Part shown: piece after piece, positions 12,313-23,774 of the stretch
How the letters are laid out: each line of letters opens with the position of its first letter
Position numbering within the stretch: position 1 is the first letter of the stretch
Source: Cenococcum geophilum
Lineage: Eukaryota
Assembly (NCBI GenBank): GCA_050273025.1
Contig: CP158636.1
Span: 6,448,001-6,512,000 of the forward strand
DNA: 64,000 nt
Direction of reading: 5' to 3'
Notes under the pieces: model-generated
What the model saw: only the letters and a program-made list of their open reading frames with translations
Databases searched by the model: none
Told to the model about the DNA's origin: nothing
Translations under genes and position numbers: made by a program

Positions 12313-14549
12313 TTACCTTGGTACAATTGCTGGGAATAGCTTTCTCTCCTGCACATTGATGGTGAACTCGAATATACCCTCCTCAGTGCCAGCATACAAT
12401 TTCCTCCCGTCCTGGCTCATTGCAAGACCCGCAGTCCTAACTCCATGCTGAGGGTCGTGTCTTCCTCCAGATCTTCGATAGATGCCCATTTCGTAGCTGC
12501 CAAGCGGTTGTGTCTCACGCATGCTCCGGACCCTTTCTCTTGCCTGGGCTAATTGCCGTAAACGCCGCATTTCAGAGCGTGGCTCTGCTGCTGGTATCGT
12601 TGGCCGGGATGATGAAGAACCTTCAGGTAATGGGCTCCGTGCCATGGCGGCTTCGATTGTCCGCCAGGGATCGCTCGACGACGATTCAGAATGCTCAGCT
12701 CGCCGTGCATGTGGTGGGATCGGGTTGGGTGAACGGGTAGTTGCACTACTGGAGATATTGCCATTGCTGTTATTGTTATTGTTGTTATTATTGCTGCCAC
12801 TACTGCTGGATCCATCACTCGAAAGAACAACGGATGCTTGACGGCGAGGTTGGAACGGTGGCCTATCCGGATCTAAGTTTCTCTCCCTTAATAAATCCCG
12901 TAGAGAACCAATTGAGGGTAGAGAAAGCCCATTACTGCTCCTCTCACCGCGGAGGCTGGGAAAGAAGTCCATGAAGGGCACGCCGTTAAACCGTCGTACG
13001 TCGCTAGGATTCGGAATAGGCGGGCTGTGATTGACGCTGCGTGGTGTAACGCCTAGCTCACGAGCTTCTTCTCGTTGTCTGGTAGTGCGAAGAGCCTCGA
13101 GTATTTGCCGCTCATGTGCTGTCAATCCGTGAGGATCATTATCCGACTCAACCACTCCTAGATGCCGATGTAGCCTTCGGCGTTCAGCTGATGCCTCCAT
13201 ATAATCGTTGGCAAAGTTAACTGCTGCAGCGTTACCTTCTGAATCAAGGGCTCGTCGATATCTTCGTATAAAGTCTGCTTCTTGATTCAATTCCCGTAGC
13301 TCTGGGCTGAGCTCAATGTCGAAATCTGCCACATCGACTTTCTCAAGGCCTTCTTCTTTCAGATCTAGAGTGAGAACCTGCCTCACGCTAAGGCCTGTTC
13401 GAACATCCGCAACGCACACTCTTGCTTGGTCTTCGCTCCATACAAGGAGATCCCACGGAGGAGGAGCAAAAAGCATCGTCCGCACAGCGCCGGGACCAAC
13501 GACGGTATCCGGTCGTGAAGATTTGATTACTTGAACTATTGCATCTTCTCCCCATTCACAGCGTCTAAGGAGCTCAATATCAAATACTGTGATATATCCA
13601 CACTCGGACCCGACAGCACATAGGGTCCCAGAATGCGACCACGCGGTTGTGAAATAACCCTCGATAATGGATCCTGGGGGGACATATAGTGGTACAACAC
13701 TAACATTTGACCACTCTGACGGGACCGATTGAGGCCTTCCCTCTGGGGTTTTCATCATGCTAGGCGCTTGGGGCTTGACTCTTTCAAAGAAAAAGACCTG
13801 TTGATGATCGCCAACTGCAACGAGTAGCTGTCCATCGGGCGATATAGTTGCATGATTCATGGCAAATGGTAGATCCAGTACATTGACTTTTAGGCTCTGT
13901 GTTAGAGAATATATGCGGACAGTCTTGTCGTTGTTCGTGAGGACTGCTACCACCTCATCTTCCGCACCTTCCCCTTCCCCAACCAACTTATGTATGGAGA
14001 TTGAGTTCACAATCTCCTCCCCAATCCTTTCCAGCTGTATTCGGTGTGCTGACCCTAAGAGAGGAGGCCTTGGAAGTGAAGTTCGACTGGCAAGATCCAA
14101 CGGCAGCAGGGCATCGACGTCAGCGGGATTTGACGGAGGAAAGCCTTCCACCTTGATGGAGGCAAAGTGGCCTTCTTCTGCGCCTCCTACGCATACCCAA
14201 CCATAACCTGAGGCTGTGCATCTTGCATCGAATGGTAGGGTGGTGACATGTGCTTGGGTCCTGGTAGCAGTGTTTAAACAGTAGACGTCTTGGCCGCTCG
14301 CATAGTAAATGAGGTCCTGTTCAGGAGAACTGATGAAATGCCTCAGTTGGTAATGCCTTTGAAGTGTCAGTGAGTGTTTTGCATGTATAGGAATCACGAC
14401 ACCGCCTCACGCGATAGGGATCCGGAGCGGGTAGAAAGCCTTCGAAGGCAGAACGAGCGAATCTGTGTCTCGACACCTAGCGCGCAATCAGCATCTCGAA
14501 CAGGCGAGTGGTAGTAAGGCGCGACGCACAGAAAATCGTCGACGGCCAT
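12313..14549 (-). CDS. DUF2415-domain WD40/beta-propeller-like conserved fungal protein, 3 exons
   Basis: Exons 14549-14530, 14476-14411, 14356-12313 join in frame (MAVDDFLCRDTDS...IPIAHYQLRHFIS). Motifs NNDKTVRIYSL, MNHATISPDG, FTTAWS, GAVRTMLFAPPPWDLLVWSEDQARVCVADVR. Poly-Asn/Ser tract near 12770. Confidence 0.8.
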
Positions 14550-15064
14550 TCTGGGCAATTAGGTTGCGGAGCACAACATGGCCTAGAAGGCTCAACGAAG
14601 GAGGGGTGGTGAAGCTATAGTTGCATGAGGGCACGCCTATGTACGTCACACGGCCGAGGGCGGAAGATAGAGCGTTATGAGGCGTAGTCTGGGTCAGATT
14701 CGCAATGCAGCAGCCGCAAGTACTAGGTCATGGATGGGAGGGGAGAGCGTAGCGATATTTAGTAGTTTTAGGATCTGGTTTTGTACTCTAGCTTTGTAAA
14801 TGAAGGATCAAATTGTCTCCCGAGCCTCTCTCGTTCCTCAGACGATCACGGCGTGCCACGTGAGTCAACATGCAGAACCGTTCAATCCCCCAGACTGCAG
14901 AGCACAGCGGCACTGCAAACACCCAGACGGTGCTCCACGCCTGTTTTTTGGTCAATTCATCGCTCGCCAGCATGACAAACCCTAGGTCAATGGTCTTGGC
15001 ATGAACTATCTGTTTCGCAGGAACGGAGACTCGGCAGCCGCCGGTTTCGGCTTTTTCCGTCTTG

Positions 15065-15077
15065 CTCTAGAATTTTC
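15065..15077. promoter_or_regulatory. Possible heat-shock element in the divergent DUF2415/SSC1 promoter
   Basis: CTCtaGAAttTTC fits nTTCnnGAAnnTTCn with one mismatch, ~120 bp upstream of the Hsp70 ATG. Confidence 0.3.
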
Positions 15078-15193
15078 CTTTTCTCCTGCTGTGTCGAAGC
15101 TCCATCCATCTTTTCATCAACGACCTCCCGCATCAATCGTTCTCCGTGCTCCATTCCTCTTTCTGTAACTCCTGTAATCTTATAGCGCACATT

Positions 15194-17328
15194 ATGTTGT
15201 CCTCAAGGTTATCAAGAACTGTAAGTTTCCCTAACATCTAGAGCTTCTACATCATTCTAATCTTGTGCGCCAGTTTTTGCCCCGGGCAACATCCGCCGTC
15301 CGACGTGCACCCGCCATCAGGTCGCCTTTCGGTTCATCATTCGTAAGAGGCTACGCAGATGGCGGAGAAGAGAAGGTCAAGGGCCCAGTCATTGGCATTG
15401 ACTTGGGTACCACCAACTCTGCTGTCGCTGTAATGGAGGGCAAAACACCGCGCATCATTGAGAACGCAGAGGGTAAGCTTGCATCATCATTTAATGTGTA
15501 TACCATTCGCTTACACATATTTTCAGGCACACGAACAACGCCTTCAGTAGTTGGTTTCACAAAAGAGGGCGAGCGTCTCGTGGGTATCGCCGCGAAGCGA
15601 CAGGCCGTCGTCAACCCGGAGAACACACTCTTCGCCACAAAGCGTCTCATCGGAAGAAAATTCACCGATCCTGAGGTGCAGCGGGATATCCAACAGGTCC
15701 CCTATAAGATTATTCAACACACCAATGGCGATGCATGGGTAGAGGCACAGGGACAGAAATATTCACCATCGCAAATTGGTGGCTTCATTCTAGGAAAGAT
15801 GAAGGAGACTGCTGAAGCGTATCTGGGCAAGAACATGAAGAATGCCGTCGTCACTGTTCCTGCATATTTTAACGACTCCCAGCGTCAAGCCACCAAGGAT
15901 GCAGGCCAAATCTCCGGCCTGAACGTGCTTCGTGTCGTGAATGAGCCTACTGCTGCGGCGCTTGCATATGGTCTCGATAAGTCGAATGACCGTGTCATTG
16001 CCGTCTATGATCTTGGTGGTGGTACCTTCGATATCTCAATTCTCGAAATTCAGAATGGTGTGTTTGAGGTTAAATCCACAAACGGTGACACCCATCTTGG
16101 TGGCGAAGATTTCGATATCACATTAGTCCGACACTTGGTCCAGCAGTTCAAAAAGGAGCAGGGTATTGATCTCTCTGGAGACCGCATGGCTATTCAGAGA
16201 ATCCGTGAAGCTGCTGAGAAAGCTAAGATTGAACTGTCATCCACTCTCCAGACTGAGATCAATCTTCCCTTCATCACCGCCGATGCTTCTGGGCCAAAGC
16301 ACATCAACTCCAAGATGACCCGATCACAGCTTGAAGGTTTGGTTGACCCTCTAATCAACAGGACAGTCGAGCCAGTGCGAAAGGCTCTAAAGGATGCTAA
16401 CCTCCAGCCCAAGGATATCCAAGAGGTCATTCTCGTAGGTGGTATGACCCGTATGCCTAAGGTTACCGAGTCCGTCAAGAGCATCTTCGGTCGCGACCCT
16501 GCAAAGGCGGTCAACCCTGATGAGGCTGTCGCCATTGGTGCTGCTATCCAAGGTGCCGTCTTGTGTGGTGAAGTTACCAGCCTTCTGCTTCTCGATGTCA
16601 CTCCTCTCTCTCTCGGTATCGAGACTCTCGGTGGCGTTTTCACCCGCCTGATCAATCGAAACACTACCATCCCCACCAAGAAGTCACAGATCTTCTCCAC
16701 TGCAGCCGACTTCCAGAGCGCCGTCGAGATCAAGGTTTACCAGGGTGAGCGTGAGCTTGTCCGTGACAACAAACTTCTAGGTAACTTCCAGCTCGTTGGC
16801 ATTCCACCAGCACACCGTGGCGTTCCTCAGATTGAGGTTACATTCGACATCGATGCAGACTCAATTGTCCACGTCCATGCTAAGGACAAGTCCACCAACA
16901 AGGATCAGTCCATCACCATTGCTTCCGGGTCTGGTCTGTCCGAACAAGAAATCCAGAACATGGTGAACGATGCCGAGCGTTATCAGGAAGAAGATAAGGA
17001 ACGGAAGAACGCTATTGAGGCTGCCAACCGCGCTGATAGTGTCTTGAATGATACAGAGAAGGCATTGAAGGAGTTCGAAGACAGGCTAGACAAGACTGAG
17101 GCTGATAAGATCCGGGAAAAGATCACCGCTCTCCGCGAATTTGTTTCGAAGAGCCAGGCGGGTGAGGGCACCGCCACCGCAGCCGAACTTAAGGAGAAGA
17201 CCGATGAGCTCCAGACCGCTAGCTTGACCCTCTTCGACCAGATGCACAAGGCACGAGCAGACTCAAGCAGCTCTTCCGGTGAGCAGAACCAGCAATCAAG
17301 CGAGGGCTCCGAGGAGAAGAAGCCATAG
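15194..17328 (+). CDS. SSC1: Mitochondrial Hsp70 (DnaK family), 3 exons
   Basis: Exons 15194-15220, 15274-15472, 15527-17328. Arg/Ser-rich presequence [13 protein letters not shown]. Motifs [40 protein letters not shown]. No cytosolic EEVD end. Confidence 0.95.
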
Positions 17329-18369
17329 ATCTTTCGCTAGCTAAAGTTCCATGATTTCCTTCTCGTAACGACTCCAATTGGCACAAAAGCGGTCTTTTAT
17401 TTGCATCAATCGGTCTTGGGTTTTAGAAGCATCTTCTTTTTTTGTGCATCTTCCTTACCACTCTATCACCCTGTACCTTATACTTCACTTTCACCTCTCT
17501 GCGCGCTACTACTGCTGGGTTACCAAGATTTACTACGGTCACCAATTCTCCTTTCTGGAAAATGTCTTTGTAAGGGTAATATGAGGGGAGGGGAGTTTGT
17601 CCGGGATGTACGAGAAGGTGACTTATCCTTCCTTTCTGGGAAGGTTTTTGATACCTGTTGGTCGTCATCATTGTAAATTATGTTATATACGATAGGACAC
17701 GAGACGTAATGTCAGATTCTCCCCTCAAATGGCGAGTCAGTTAATAAATTTTTCCTATTTATACCCTCGTGGATGGCCTCAAACCATTCAGCAGAGCCTA
17801 CAAGCAACTCTAACAAAGTCTTAAAGAAGCCTCGACCTGCTTCATAAAGTTGTAAAAGCCGTTCGACTTGTTGCAGTACATATTAAGTGCTCAAAATCAG
17901 GACAATCTTGCCGCAGCAGGCTTTTTTCAGCACTATACCCTGCCTTCTAAAGTTCCAGAGCTCGTGCAAAATGAAAGTGTTGTTGCAACAACTAAACGCA
18001 TTTCTCCTCCGTAATGCTTCCATTAACCTATTGTCCGAAGCAATCTATTGTCTTATTCACCTATTGTTCCTATTGTACAGGCAAATCTCGTAACCCAGCC
18101 CTCCCATATAATGACAGGTCCTACTTCCATTGTACAGCTAAGTCTCGGACCCATCTATTTCCTCATTCCGCAGCAGAGTGCTCAAAAGCCGCAGTATATT
18201 CTCAATACTCCTCACAAAGAACATACGCTTTTGCATCACCTTCGTCTCCGTTTCAAGCCGTTCGCTAGCAAACACGCAAACAACTTCATGCATCAATTCT
18301 AACACTCAACAGACTCTTTTTGAAAGACCTTTCTACATTTCGGCCTCACAAACTAAATTCACAGCGCCA

Positions 18370-18774
18370 ATGGAACCGCGCCGCCCAACCCCAGAACCGA
18401 TACCTGAGAATCTACTTCACTCCCTCTCAGCACTAGGAACGCGTATCGACGGCATACAGAACACCTTTCTACTATCTGCAAATTCATTACAAAACGCGCT
18501 TTTTCATGCGAAATTGAGCCGTACAATGATAGCGGAGAAGATTCGGACGAAGATTCACCAACTGAGAGTTGAGGCGGTATTCGTTCGGGAGCGGGCCGAG
18601 AGAGAACGGATCTTGGGGCAGTTGGAATGGGAGGAGAGCAGGCTGATTATGTTGGAAGATTGTTTAAAGGAGATAGAGAAGGTTGAGGAGGTGGAAAAGA
18701 GAGTCTATATGATGCTGCAGCAGGGACCAAAGGGTATGAATAGAGTAAGGGAACTGGAGGACGGATCAGGCTAA
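18370..18774 (+). CDS. Hypothetical 134-aa helical/coiled-coil protein
   Basis: ATG at 18370 within ORF 18178-18774. Pro-rich N-terminus followed by an E/R/K/L-rich helix. No family recognised. Confidence 0.4.
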   Translation: MEPRRPTPEPIPENLLHSLSALGTRIDGIQNTFLLSANSLQNALFHAKLSRTMIAEKIRTKIHQLRVEAVFVRERAERERILGQLEWEESRLIMLEDCLKEIEKVEEVEKRVYMMLQQGPKGMNRVRELEDGSG

Positions 18775-19002
18775 GCGGAGGATCAGCAATGGTTGAACAT
18801 TCAGCTGTATGGCTTTACACTTTTCCATAGGCAGCTTGAATTTTTCCATTCAAGGCGAGCTGGGATTGAAGCATCAGTTTGTCAGTTATCGAAGTGTAAA
18901 TGCCATTTGGAAAAAGGGGAGCAGTTAAACTTGCGTTCATCATTCGTTATTCAGTGGAGGAAACATTCTGGCAAACCAGAGGTATCAGAACGAACTTTTC
19001 AG

Positions 19003-19766
19003 TTACCCGCGAACTTCGCATTCTTTCATACGCCGCTCTCCTTCTACCGTAGTACCCAAACTAAGCTCCAACTTCATCGTGTATCCCTCTGCTAACTTCA
19101 TAATGTAATCGAGCACTCGCTGCGCTTCGATTAACTCCTTCAGCCGACACTCCATGACTTGCAGTCGGCCAACCAGGTGGAAACCACCAGTCGTTCCTGC
19201 CCCCATGCGCTTCGCCTTAACATTCTCCAACTTCTTCTTGTTTTTCCTTCGCCCCCAACTCCTTAAGATAATCCAAATTCATATCCTTCTCCAACCCTCT
19301 CAGCGCTTTCCACAACTCATCATTACTCCTTACTACTATCCGTAATATATCTTCTAATAGAAGCAAACCCCACAGCCTCGTATCCCACCTCGTCATCCGG
19401 AATTGCTGTTGCTCCACGGAACTCATCATCCTCTTTCTCCACTTTCTCAGGCCATTCGAAACCTCCACCGTGTCATCCTTACAATCCCCTACCTCTCCGC
19501 AGGAACAGAAGTACACGTAAGTTGCCCGGTTGGCCTTGTAGTGTGGATCGCGATCAGGATACCTAATTCTAAGGTCTCGAGCCCTTTTTTTCTTTTGCTT
19601 TCTTAGCAGTAAATAGCGGGTTTTCGGCCTATTCTTCCAAATCTAGGATAGTTCTGGTTTGGGCGACAAGGATTTCCTCAACCGCTTCTCTGAAGGGGGC
19701 GAGGGCTGAATGGGCTTCGTTTGGAATGGCGATGTTTGGTGGTGGGCTAGGTTCAGGGCTGGGCAT
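19003..19766 (-). pseudogene. Degenerate orphan gene next to the repeat boundary
   Basis: MPSPEPSPPPNIAIPNEAHSALAPFREAVEEILVAQTRTILDLEE is followed by TAG, then overlapping ORFs 19217-19516 and 19003-19230 in different frames. Confidence 0.3.
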
Positions 19767-19854
19767 TCTGAAGGCTTGTCTATATGAAGATTTTTAGACG
19801 GTTAGTTCTATCTATAAGTAATAAGGGGTCCATAACCTTCGCGGGCTAATAATA

Positions 19855-22319
19855 ACGTGGTTTATAGGGTTTTGACCGACACCATAGTTTTGACCGATTT
19901 AAACACCAAAATGCCACGAAATATCAATTTGGTGGCAAAACGCTGGTAAAACTCATTAAAAATCATTGCATTATTTCTAGGGAGTCTTAAAGCCATAAAT
20001 ATATATTATAGAGTCTATATTAAGTCGGCCCTTGGTGTTCTAGAGCTTAATTGGCCAGTTAATCGGCCCCTAAAGGTCGCTAATTAACTTAGCGTCCTCA
20101 TCTAAGGACTCCTCGTCGCCTAAATCACTTATATTATCATCCTCCTGCCCTTCCTAAGTGTCCTCTAGTAAAGCAGCTTCTCCTGCTCCCTTATTGGCTG
20201 TATCTTAAAGTTGCTTAATAAGAGCCGTAGCGGCGGTAATAGCGATAATAGAGTCCTTCGCCCGCTTCTAGAGCTCTTCCACAGTTAACTGTTTTAATAA
20301 CGCATAATTAGCTGCTATTTAAGCTTCTTTAGTATTCTTTTTGTAAGCTATATTAGCAGCAGTAAGGGAGTTCTTCTGCGCCTTACTTGCCAGCTTTACT
20401 GCCTCCACTGCCTCTCACTAGTGTTCCTTAGCCAGTTTCCTTATATCAGCAGCCTTCTTCTTAGCCACCTTTTTGGCATCAATTTATTTCCTAATAAGCA
20501 CCACTGCTACCTAATAATCCTTCTTAAGCTGTTCCTTAGCAAGCCTGGCTTTCTCTTTAGCCTTATTAGTGGCGCTCTTGGCAGCAGCAAGCTCCCTTAC
20601 TACCTCTAGTATAAGAACTAACTTAGTAAAAATTACAGTCCGTTTTCGCTTCTTTTTAGCCTTCCTCTCCTCAGTATGTTGCCGAAGCTTATTATTCTTA
20701 GCCTATATAATCTCTAAGCCGTCCTCTAGGGATTATAGGTGCTGTATTAGCTTTAAAACCACTACCTCTATTACCTCTAGTGTGGTTTCTAGATAAAGGA
20801 TTATGCGTGCGTACCAAGCTTAAGCGTATTCGCTATTAGGTGGGGGAGGATATATAGGGGAGGATAGAATTGTTATATGTTTAAGAGAAGGCGGCGGTGT
20901 AGATAGTTAAGTAGAAGGTTATATAAAGCAGCGATTAAGAGCTTAATTTAGGTTAAAAGGATAAAGGCCTGCTGCATTAAAGGCGCTCCTAATTAACTCT
21001 TTAGTATATATTTACGGCTAAATCTTACCTAGTATTTTTAGAAAGTACTCTTTATTAATACTAGTAATACTATAAGCCGCATATTTATTAACTTTGGATA
21101 AATATAGTCGCTTAATAATTGAGAATATAACTAGATCTAATAGCTGTAAAAGGTGCGTTAAATGCGGCGGTAGGCAAATTAGTACAATTTTCTTTAACTA
21201 GCAGAGCTTAATAAACTTAATATTAACATGGCTACTATGGCCATCTATAATTAAGAGCCAGTAGCCGTTATATTTATTATTATTGCCGTCCTCTATTAGC
21301 CTCTGCTATACCTTAGTTCGTCTAGTATATCGCTTAAAGTGCTCTAGCCACCGTACTCTAAGCTCTTAATTTAACTATCTATTCTTACTTATTGCTAGTA
21401 TACACTCGCCTATAGCTTCCTCTACCTCCTACTATAGAGATTTTATATATTAGCGTCCTCTAAAAATAATAAACAGTGGGATTATCTGCCTATATATTCT
21501 AATTAAATTAATCTGCGATACCTACTCCCTAAAGCCATTAATTGTTTTAAAGTTAATAATATTACCTCTTAAAACTACCACTTTAGCGCTATATACAAAG
21601 CCTATAGCGTAGCTAGTCTTATCTATATTCTATATATTGGCGTCCTTAATATTATACTAAGTCTTTATATTAGAGTAGTTAGAAAAAAACCTCTTAATAA
21701 GGGCGGGATTATTGCTAGTAATAGCCCGTTTTAAGCTAATTAATTATATATAGTAAGTATAAAGCTCGCCCTAGCGTTTAAGGAAGTTGTATATCTAGCT
21801 TTTGCCTAGTAGCGCAATATTATAGTAGTAAGGAAGGTAGGAGTTTTCGCATTATAAAACAAGGGTAGTAATTATCTAAATTATATAATACCGATATAGA
21901 AACCTAGCCTTAGTAAGGTAAATACAGTGTTAAATAATTGCTGCTTCGCTAGCAGGAGTAATACGATACTGGTTAGTATGGGCGTTATAGTAAGATTAGT
22001 ATTTACCTTGCAGGCGTTTTTAAAAAGTAGTAGGCGGAACTCCATGTGCCTTTGTGCAGGCTTTGGCGCTTCTATATAAGCCGCCAACGCGCTAAGCAGT
22101 TAAAGCAGCTTATAGACGGTCTTCTGCACCTGGCGCTTGAGGCCAGCGAGGCATAGCTGTAGGTTGGTAATGTATTTTGTAGAGTTAATATGCGAGAAAG
22201 TAATGGGTTAAGCTTCGATGCGGCAGTATTTGCTTTAGGTAATAAGCTAGCTTAAATAGGCAGGCGGTCTGCTAGCTCGGTCAAAACTATGGTGTTGGTT
22301 AAAACCCTATAAACCACGT
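19855..22319 (-). mobile_element. pogo/Fot1-type Tc1/mariner DNA transposon, RIP-mutated
   Basis: ~43-bp TIRs ACGTGGTTTATAGGGTTTTGACCGACACCATAGTTTTGACCGA and TA TSD. Transposase motifs LLIIDGHSSHV and CLPPH(S)THLLQ(P)LD at ~21135-21260. Confidence 0.93.
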
Positions 22320-22360
22320 TAATACTAATACTATATATTAGGCTAGGGCCTTAAGGACTA

Positions 22361-22784
22361 ACGTATTCCACTAGCGAGTGTCGCAAACCACCGAGTGTCG
22401 CACATTAAAATTTACTAAAAATTAGAAAATTCATACATTAATATCTTAATAACCACTTAATAATAAATTCTAATAATTTATATTTAGACTTTTATATACA
22501 CTTTATAGCTTCTATTAAAGTTATATAGTAATTAGTTAAGTAGTTTTTAAGATATTATAATTTAGGGGCTAAATAAAAGCTAAATTACTATATCTTAATA
22601 ACTACTAAACTAATTACTATATAACTTTAATAGAAGCTATAAAGTGTATATAAAAGTCTAAATATAAATTATTAGAATTTATTATTAAGTAGTTGTTAAG
22701 ATATTAAGGTATAAATTTTCTAATTTTTAGTAAGCTTTAACGTGCGACACTTAGTGGTTTACGACACTCGCTAGTAGAATACGT
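22361..22784. mobile_element. Foldback-type MITE (424 bp, ~205-bp inverted arms)
   Basis: ACGTATTCCACTAGCGAGTGTCGC...CGACACTCGCTAGTAGAATACGT with TA TSD. The arms pair almost throughout around a ~14-nt loop. ACGT termini resemble pogo/Fot1. Confidence 0.92.
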
Positions 22785-23774
22785 TATAGTAAGTCTCTAG
22801 GTATTTAATAACTTATTACTAGGTATAGGGGTATTTCTAGTTTTAAGCAGCTCTTAAAGCCGTTTAATTTTAGTATTAGCTACTATAAGCTCTGCCTAGG
22901 AGTTTAAGTTAGTAGCTATTTTGCAATTAAAGGTTCTATAGCTACTTTACTAGCTACTATATTTCTTAGCATAGTGGTAGGGGTATTAGGTAATTTCTAG
23001 TAGTTTCTTTAAAAGTTCTAGTTTATATAGGTTCTTTAAATTATATTATATATATCCTTTTAGTTCTATCCTATTATTATATTTCTATTCTATATTTCTG
23101 TCCTATTTATAGTCTATAAATATTTTTAAGTTCCTGTTTAGGAAGAAAGAGTAGTAAAGAGCTTTAAATAATATTAGCAACTTAGTTAATTAAGGCACTA
23201 GTATAGCAATATAACACGCGCAAGCCTATATAATTAGTAGTGTATAAACAAAGATCTAAAGCTAGAGAAAAGGAAGTAAAAGAAGAAAAGCAGCGCTGTT
23301 TAAAGTAGGGTTCTAAGTTTTGCCAAATTCTACCAGTACCGTAAAAGGACTTATTATTAAGGGTATACTAGCGCGTAAGGGCGCTAAATCTAAATATAAA
23401 AAGTAATATAATTAGAAAGATAACTTTAGGCTATTTATTGCCAACTATCCCTTAACACGAGAGGTTCTTTGCTAAGGTCGCTTATATTTATAACTAGATT
23501 TAATTAGATATTTACATTAACCTAGCTTTTCTAATTAGTTGGCTCTTATCGATAACCTAAGGACCAAAATTGCCGTGTTAAGGGATAAAGAAAAATATTA
23601 TAATAAGGCTATATAAAAGACGGATTATATAAGGCAGGGATAGAAGTAGATATAGTGATTAAAGGCAGTAGTAATTGGGATGCCATTATGGCAAGTAAGT
23701 ATTATTATTATTATTAATTCTTGCTTAACGTCTAATGCGGTCCTAATTAAGGTCTATACAGACTAATACCGCTA

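Larger units (their letters stand above)
19790..23346 (-). mobile_element. Truncated 5' fragment of Gypsy family C (5' LTR ~23172-23346, start of gag), split by two DNA elements
   Basis: Segments 19800-19854, 22322-22360 and 22787-23346 align colinearly with 43215-43926 of the full-length copy. Confidence 0.8.

Noticed and set aside
15473..15526. Apparent 18-aa insertion in Hsp70 in the ORF track
   Set aside because: It is a 54-nt in-frame GT-AG intron; the same applies to 8217-8291 in GLO3.
21970..22010. Intron in the pogo transposase
   Set aside because: The segment reads through as normal transposase sequence (RLQG...AHTNQYRITP).
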